DNA from: Sphingomonadales bacterium
Lineage (GTDB): Bacteria; Pseudomonadota; Alphaproteobacteria; Sphingomonadales; Sphingomonadaceae
Length of the DNA: 64,000 nt
Assembly (NCBI GenBank): GCA_038256425.1
Contig: JBBSKI010000003.1
Coordinates: 3,392-67,391, forward strand
Direction of reading: 5' to 3'
The number at the start of each line of letters is the position of its first letter. Position 1 is the first letter of the stretch. Positions 58,864 to 64,000 of this stretch are shown piece by piece. Both the position numbers and the translations under genes were made by a program. The notes under the pieces are model-generated. The model made no database searches. It was not told the DNA's origin and saw only the letters and a program-made list of their open reading frames with translations.

Positions 58864-59202
58864 TCAAACCCGCTGCATGTCGCGGCTTTCGCCGGGAATG
58901 CGCACTTCCAGTCCGTCGAGCGCATCGTCGAGGCGGATCTGGCACGATAGACGGCTGGTGCGGGTAACCCCGGTGGCGAGGTCGAGCATATCCTCCTCGT
59001 CGTCGCAGGCGGGGGGCAGCCGATCGAACCATTCGGGCGCAACGACGACGTGGCATGTCGAGCAGGCCATCTGCCCCTCGCACGTGCCCTCAAGCGGCAT
59101 CCCGGCGTTCTGGCCGGTCTCGAGCAAACGATCGCCCGGCTGACCGGCGGCGGCAACGCGCTCGCCTTTTTCGGTAACGAAAGTGACGGTGATCGCGCTC
59201 AC
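58864..59202 (-). CDS. 2Fe-2S ferredoxin (adrenodoxin/ISC type)
   Basis: CEGQMACSTCH, EEDMLD, SRLSCQ motifs. Confidence 0.93.
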   Translation of the reverse strand: MSAITVTFVTEKGERVAAAGQPGDRLLETGQNAGMPLEGTCEGQMACSTCHVVVAPEWFDRLPPACDDEEDMLDLATGVTRTSRLSCQIRLDDALDGLEVRIPGESRDMQRV

Positions 59203-60269
59203 AGACCCTGGGCCTCGGCTGCATCGCGGATTTGCGCAGCGGCGGCCTCGATTTCGGCCAGGGTCGAGTACCGCCCAAAACCTAGCCGGATTGAAGACCT
59301 GGCCTCAACATTGCTGAGCCCCAACGCGCGCAGAACGTGGCTGGGGCGGCCCGAACCGCTGGCGCAGGCCGAACCCGCCGAAAACGCGATGTTTCGGCAG
59401 TCGCTCATCAGCCGGGCGACATCAAGGCCGTCCAAACGCAAATTGAGATTGCCCTTCCATCGCGCCGTCCCGCTGCCGTTGAGCGTCCAGCCGGGCAGGC
59501 TTGCGCGAAGGGATCTCCACAGCTTGTCCACATGTTGTCCATCGCTTTCCCGCAAACTTATCGCAAGTGCGGCGGCCGCGCCGAACCCGGCGCACAGCGC
59601 AGGGCTCAGCGTGCCCGAGCGCAGGCCCTGCTCCTGCCCGCCACCGTGCATGAGGGGGGCGAGCGTCAACCCGTCGCGCAGCCACAAGGCGCCGATGCCT
59701 TTGGGGCCGTAAAGCTTATGCGCCGATACCGCGATCATATCGGCAGTTGGGGGCGACGCGAGCTTGCCCGCCGCCTGAACTGCATCGCACACAAACAGCG
59801 CGCCGGCCGCATGGGCACGTTCGGCCAGCGCCTCGACCGGCTGGATCGTGCCGATCTCGTTATTGACCTGCATCACCGCGACCAAGCCAACACCGGGCGG
59901 TAACGGGGCATCGGGTCCCACCAGCCCCTCGCTATCGACGGGGAGCAGCGCCACCCCCGGATCGATCGATCGCGCGGTGTCGAGCACCGCCGCGTGCTCG
60001 AACGCCGAAACCGCCAGCCGCTTTGCGCCGCAGCCGAACAGCGCGAGATTGAGCGCCTCGGTCGCTCCGCTGGTGAACACCACGCGCCCACCCGGCGGAA
60101 ACAGCCCGGCAACCTGTTCGCGCGCAAATTCCACCGCCGCTGCCGCCGCGCGGCCGGGCCGGTGGGACGAGTGGGGATTGGCAAAGCCATCGTCGCCCAG
60201 CCAGCGCAGCATCGCTTCGCGCGCTTCGGGCGCCAGCGGCGTGGTGGCCTGATAGTCGAGGTAGATCAC
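59199..60269 (-). CDS. iscS: Cysteine desulfurase (IscS-like)
   Basis: IYLDYQATTP, SAHKLYGPKGIG, SAGSACASG motifs. Confidence 0.88.
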   Translation of the reverse strand: MIYLDYQATTPLAPEAREAMLRWLGDDGFANPHSSHRPGRAAAAAVEFAREQVAGLFPPGGRVVFTSGATEALNLALFGCGAKRLAVSAFEHAAVLDTARSIDPGVALLPVDSEGLVGPDAPLPPGVGLVAVMQVNNEIGTIQPVEALAERAHAAGALFVCDAVQAAGKLASPPTADMIAVSAHKLYGPKGIGALWLRDGLTLAPLMHGGGQEQGLRSGTLSPALCAGFGAAAALAISLRESDGQHVDKLWRSLRASLPGWTLNGSGTARWKGNLNLRLDGLDVARLMSDCRNIAFSAGSACASGSGRPSHVLRALGLSNVEARSSIRLGFGRYSTLAEIEAAAAQIRDAAEAQGL

Positions 60270-61297
60270 CGCGCCACCTCGGCCCAGACGGCCAGAAACC
60301 GCTCGACCTCTTCGGCCGTGGTTTCGTACCCCAGGCTGACCCGGATAACCTCCGCCGCGTGCGGATAACCGATGGCTTCCATAACGTGGCTGGTCCTGAG
60401 TGAGCCCGAGGAGCAGGCGCTGCCCGCCGAGACTGCGATCCCCTTGGCATCGAACCGGATCAACTGCGCGTTGGCCGATCGTCCGGGCATCCGGTAGGCG
60501 GCAATGGTGGGAACGCGGGCAGTTTCCTCGCCCAGCGGCTCGCCGCCCATCGCGGTAATTGCGGAATCGATGCGGTGACGCAGCATCAGGGTTGTTGCCA
60601 GCCAGTCCCGGTCCGCCTCAAGCGCCGCCGCCATCCCCAGAACGCCAGGGAGGTTTTCGGTCCCACCGCGATAGCCGCGCTCCTGCCCACCGGTCGGCAC
60701 CAGCATCGCCCAGTCGCGCACCAACAACGCTCCGATCCCGACCGGCCCGCCGAACTTGTGCGCCGACAGCGCAATCAGGTCGGCATCGGGCAGGGCCAGC
60801 TTGCCTGCACCTTGGGCACAGTCGGCCAGCAGCAGTCCGCCCGCATCGCGCGCGGCGCTTGCCAGCGCTTCGATCGGTTGCACCACCCCGGTTTCGCTGT
60901 TCGCTTGCTGCACCGCCACGAGCCCCGGCACGCCGCAATCCGCTGGTCGGACCAGTCCCGAGCTGTCGACCGGCAGGCGCGTGGCAGTGCCCGCATGCCG
61001 CAGGACGGCCTCATGCTCGACCGCCGAGACCGCCGCGAGCGGCAAAACTGATTGCCCAATCCCCAGGGCAAGCGCCTCGCTCGCGCCGCTGGTGAAGATC
61101 ACCTCGCCGTCCCATCCGAGCGCTGCCTTGATCCGATCGCGCGCATCCTCCAGCGCCGCCCTCGCCTTGCGCCCCGCGCCATGCGGGCTCGATGGGTTGG
61201 CCCACATCGCGAACCCGTCGAGCATTGCCGCGCGCGCCTCGGGGCGGAGCGGGGTGGTTGCGGCATGATCGAGGTATATCGGTGCGGGAGCGGGCAC
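60266..61297 (-). CDS. Second cysteine desulfurase family protein
   Basis: IYLDHAATTP, SAHKFGGP, GTEN, SAGSACSSG motifs. Confidence 0.88.
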   Translation of the reverse strand: MPAPAPIYLDHAATTPLRPEARAAMLDGFAMWANPSSPHGAGRKARAALEDARDRIKAALGWDGEVIFTSGASEALALGIGQSVLPLAAVSAVEHEAVLRHAGTATRLPVDSSGLVRPADCGVPGLVAVQQANSETGVVQPIEALASAARDAGGLLLADCAQGAGKLALPDADLIALSAHKFGGPVGIGALLVRDWAMLVPTGGQERGYRGGTENLPGVLGMAAALEADRDWLATTLMLRHRIDSAITAMGGEPLGEETARVPTIAAYRMPGRSANAQLIRFDAKGIAVSAGSACSSGSLRTSHVMEAIGYPHAAEVIRVSLGYETTAEEVERFLAVWAEVAR

Positions 61298-61400
61298 TTG
61301 AGCTTCACGTTGCTTTCGGAGGTATGGTTTCTATATAGCGCCAGCTTCCAATTCCCAGCCCCGCCCGCGTTTAGCCGGCCCGGGCGCAGTCAGGTAGCCA

Positions 61401-62057
61401 ATGCCCTCAGTCATTTTCCCCGGTCCCGAAGGCCGTCTCGAAGGCCGTTTCCAGCCCGCCTCGCGCGCCCGCGCGCCGGTGGCTATGATCCTGCACCCGC
61501 ACCCGCAGGGCGGCGGGACGATGAACGACCGGGTTGTCCAGGCGCTCTACAAGACCTTCGTAAACCGCGGTTTTGCGACGTTGCGCTTCAACTTTCGCGG
61601 CGTGGGCCGCAGCCAGGGCAGCTTCGATAACGGGATCGGTGAATTGTCCGATGCGGCCTCGGCGCTCGACTGGGTCCAGTCGATCCATCCCGAGGCGCAG
61701 ACCACCTGGATCGGCGGGTTCAGCTTCGGCGCGCTGATCGGGATGCAACTGCTGATGCGCCGACCCGAGATTCGCGGCTTCATTTCGATCAATCCGCCCG
61801 CCAACATGTACGATTTCTCGTTCCTCGCCCCCTGCCCGGCATCGGGGATCATCGTCCAGGCTGCGGCCGATACCGTAGTGACGCCCAGCGCGGTGCAAAA
61901 GCTGGTCGACAAGCTGCGGACCCAGCGCCACATCACCATCCACCACGATGAAATCCCGCGCGCCAACCATTTCTTCGAGCACGAACTCGACGACATGATG
62001 CACTCGGTCGATAATTATCTGGATATGCGTCTGGCCCCGGATTCGCCGATCAAGTGA
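61401..62057 (+). CDS. Alpha/beta hydrolase divergent from the cysteine desulfurase genes
   Basis: GPEGRLE, HPHPQGGGTM, RFNFRGVG, GFSFG, ANHFF motifs. Confidence 0.9.
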   Translation: MPSVIFPGPEGRLEGRFQPASRARAPVAMILHPHPQGGGTMNDRVVQALYKTFVNRGFATLRFNFRGVGRSQGSFDNGIGELSDAASALDWVQSIHPEAQTTWIGGFSFGALIGMQLLMRRPEIRGFISINPPANMYDFSFLAPCPASGIIVQAAADTVVTPSAVQKLVDKLRTQRHITIHHDEIPRANHFFEHELDDMMHSVDNYLDMRLAPDSPIK

Positions 62058-62067
62058 CGGGACTGCG

Positions 62068-62265
62068 CTAGCGCAGTTCCTGATCCAGCGGCGCATTGCC
62101 GCTTTTGTCCGGCAGGATCCAGATCGCGATGTTGACCAGCGCCACCAGCGCCAGCAGCACCATCAGCGCGGGCCGCTTGCGCTCGCCGCGTCGCCACAGG
62201 AACGCCGCGCCTGCCGCCAGCACCAGCATGGCGAGCATCAGCAGCGATAGAACGGTCGAAAGCAT
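62068..62265 (-). CDS. Small membrane protein
   Basis: 65 aa, two TM helices, AGGAG SD. Confidence 0.65.
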   Translation of the reverse strand: MLSTVLSLLMLAMLVLAAGAAFLWRRGERKRPALMVLLALVALVNIAIWILPDKSGNAPLDQELR

Positions 62266-62360
62266 TGTCGGCTCCTATCGCCTCGCCGCCCCTGCGCCAA
62301 GCGGGGGAACAAGCCGGGCGACCGCGCGTATCGAAAGCCTGGCTTTCAAGGAGCATTGGC

Positions 62361-62762
62361 GTGAGCATTTTCGGCAAGATCAAGGATGCCATCTTCGGTC
62401 ACAAGGCTGAGACCAGGCCGACCGCGCAACCGCACCCGACTGCTTCCACTACGCCAGCCGCGCCAAGACCCGCAACCACCCCCGCCCCGGCAACTGCGGC
62501 TCCAGTGGCGCAGGTCGATGTCGAGGCAAACCTGACGGCACTATCCCAGGGCAAGGACCTCAACTGGCGCACCTCGATCGTCGATCTGATGAAGCTGCTC
62601 GGGATCGAATCCAGTCTCGACAACCGCAAGGAACTGGCGCGCGAACTGGGATACACCGGCGATCTCGACGGCTCGGCCGAAATGAACATCTGGCTGCACA
62701 AGGCCACGATGCGCGCGCTGGAAGAGAACGGCGGGAAAGTTCCTGCGGCGCTGCGCGACTAA
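62361..62762 (+). CDS. DUF3597 domain protein
   Basis: MSIFGKIKDAIFG...LNWRTSIVDLMKLL...SAEMNIWLHK; AAGGAG SD; EcfG-like GGAAC-N16-CGTA at 62306-62330. Confidence 0.85.
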   Translation: MSIFGKIKDAIFGHKAETRPTAQPHPTASTTPAAPRPATTPAPATAAPVAQVDVEANLTALSQGKDLNWRTSIVDLMKLLGIESSLDNRKELARELGYTGDLDGSAEMNIWLHKATMRALEENGGKVPAALRD

Positions 62763-62783
62763 AATTTGGGTACGCCGGGTCGC

Positions 62784-63134
62784 TCAGCGCTTCCCGAAAA
62801 AGCCGGCTAGATCGTTCAACGGATTGCCGTCGCCATCCTTGTCGAAAAAGCCGGATATTTTGGCCAGCGCATCGGGATGATCGCCGATCATCGTCGCGAA
62901 CCGTCCCAGCGCACCCTCGCCGCCGATGTGGCCAACGATCTGCTCGAGCGTGCCGGCATCCAGACCGGTCCTGGCGGCGGCAGTCGCCACAGTGTCACCC
63001 GGCGCGGGATGCGCGGCCGCCAACGCGCCGATCGCCTGTTCGGCCATGGCCGGATCTATCCCGACCTTGGCGGCAAGGTTCTTGATGTCGGCCGGGGTGC
63101 CGAGCTGGCCCAGAATGCTGTCGAAAATGCTCAT
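62784..63134 (-). CDS. Hypothetical protein with a C-terminal DKDGDG motif
   Basis: 116-aa ORF with GGAG SD and a MSIFDSILG start. Confidence 0.7.
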   Translation of the reverse strand: MSIFDSILGQLGTPADIKNLAAKVGIDPAMAEQAIGALAAAHPAPGDTVATAAARTGLDAGTLEQIVGHIGGEGALGRFATMIGDHPDALAKISGFFDKDGDGNPLNDLAGFFGKR

Positions 63135-63201
63135 TCTGTCGCTCCGCTAAATCGCGTTCCGCGCGGCTTGTGGCCCGCCGCCGGGATCGATGCAATCACG
63201 C

Positions 63202-64000
63202 TCATACCTCCAGCGCGTGAATTTCGGCGCGGCGGCGCGTCCCGTCGCGGCGGGCGATCAGCGCCGAATATTCCGGCACCTCGATCCAGGTCGAAAAATC
63301 GCGGGTAAGCGGTTCGGAAGCCACGATCATCGAATCGCCCGATCCCGCCCCGCCGATCAGTTTCCACTCCTCGTCATGCAGGCCATAGTCGCGCCCGAAG
63401 GTGTACCACATCGACAGGAATTCAGTGGTGCCCTGCAGTTGGCGGTGTTCAAACCTCCCGAAATCGAAGGTATAGCGCACGGCGACGAGGTTGACCCCGT
63501 CGCAGAAGATCAGGTTGGCCGAGGATGAACGCGCGATGCCGTGGCGCGCCCGCAGCTCCCGGATCGTGCCGATCGCCTGGCGGATCGCGGCGAGCAATTC
63601 CTCCGGCGTGGCGATGCGATAGGGATCGGCGAGCGCCGACAGGGTCAGCGCATAGATCCACTCGCTGTCGGTCGATCCCTGGATGGCGCGCGCAAATTCC
63701 GGGCGCAGATGCGGGACCAGATCGAACCGCATCTCGCGGAAGCCCGCCAGATCGCCGTTGTGCGCCATCGCCAGCGGCACCCGGTCGAACTTGAACGGGT
63801 GGACGTTCTGTTCGTTGATCTGGACCGTGGAATTGTAGGCGACCCCGCGGATGTGCGCGAGCAGCGCGTGAGCGGCGACCTTGCTGGCGAGCAGCTTCAC
63901 GTTGCGGTCGAACAATCCGACCTGGGTGGTGCGATAGACGAACGGGCTTTCCGGCTCATGGCTGGAGGGGTCCCACGCCGCCATCCCGAACCCGGCGAGG
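63202..64000 (-). CDS. Class II glutamine amidotransferase (EgtC/YafJ-like), 5'-truncated
   Basis: AHIRG, NVHPF, AHNG, GSTDSE, ASEPL motifs; the ORF runs to the window edge. Confidence 0.85.
   Translation of the reverse strand, partial: LAGFGMAAWDPSSHEPESPFVYRTTQVGLFDRNVKLLASKVAAHALLAHIRGVAYNSTVQINEQNVHPFKFDRVPLAMAHNGDLAGFREMRFDLVPHLRPEFARAIQGSTDSEWIYALTLSALADPYRIATPEELLAAIRQAIGTIRELRARHGIARSSSANLIFCDGVNLVAVRYTFDFGRFEHRQLQGTTEFLSMWYTFGRDYGLHDEEWKLIGGAGSGDSMIVASEPLTRDFSTWIEVPEYSALIARRDGTRRRAEIHALEV

Noticed and set aside
59199-61297. Tandem cysteine desulfurases as a DNA phosphorothioation (dnd) system
   Set aside because: No dndBCDE or ssp genes. The context with a ferredoxin and the divergent hydrolase is the usual alphaproteobacterial Fe-S/sulfur locus.

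Overview
High-GC alphaproteobacterial chromosomal window. Gene content and repeat types suggest Sphingomonadales (Novosphingobium/Erythrobacter-like). Most of it is core genome: TraB/GumN pair, rplY-pth, ychF, leuA with a Leu-rich leader peptide, recJ, two tRNA-Glu genes, acs, a complete phoR-pstSCAB-phoU-phoB locus with a Pho box, panB, aceA with a divergent RamB/ScfR-type regulator, and two cysteine desulfurases plus a ferredoxin. The most notable region is 30.2-41.4 kb, where the imuA-imuB-dnaE2 mutagenesis cassette is split. dnaE2 is the distal gene of a separate LexA-boxed operon with a radical-SAM/HhH protein (ending in a QLELF clamp-binding motif) and a DUF4130-UdgX fusion. Each of the two LexA boxes sits back-to-back with an EcfG-type general-stress promoter, and dnaE2 carries an in-frame palindromic REP-like insertion in its PHP domain. 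A PEP-CTERM system is spread over two loci (2.6-5 kb and 46-53 kb) that share a 14/16-identical candidate PrsR box, and its downstream TPR gene has a one-base frameshift. Three unrelated REP-like palindrome families, a 16-bp x4 tandem repeat and an AHH-nuclease gene pair are also present. No CRISPR array, transposase, integrase or prophage was seen. All calls come from reading motifs by eye; no searches were run.
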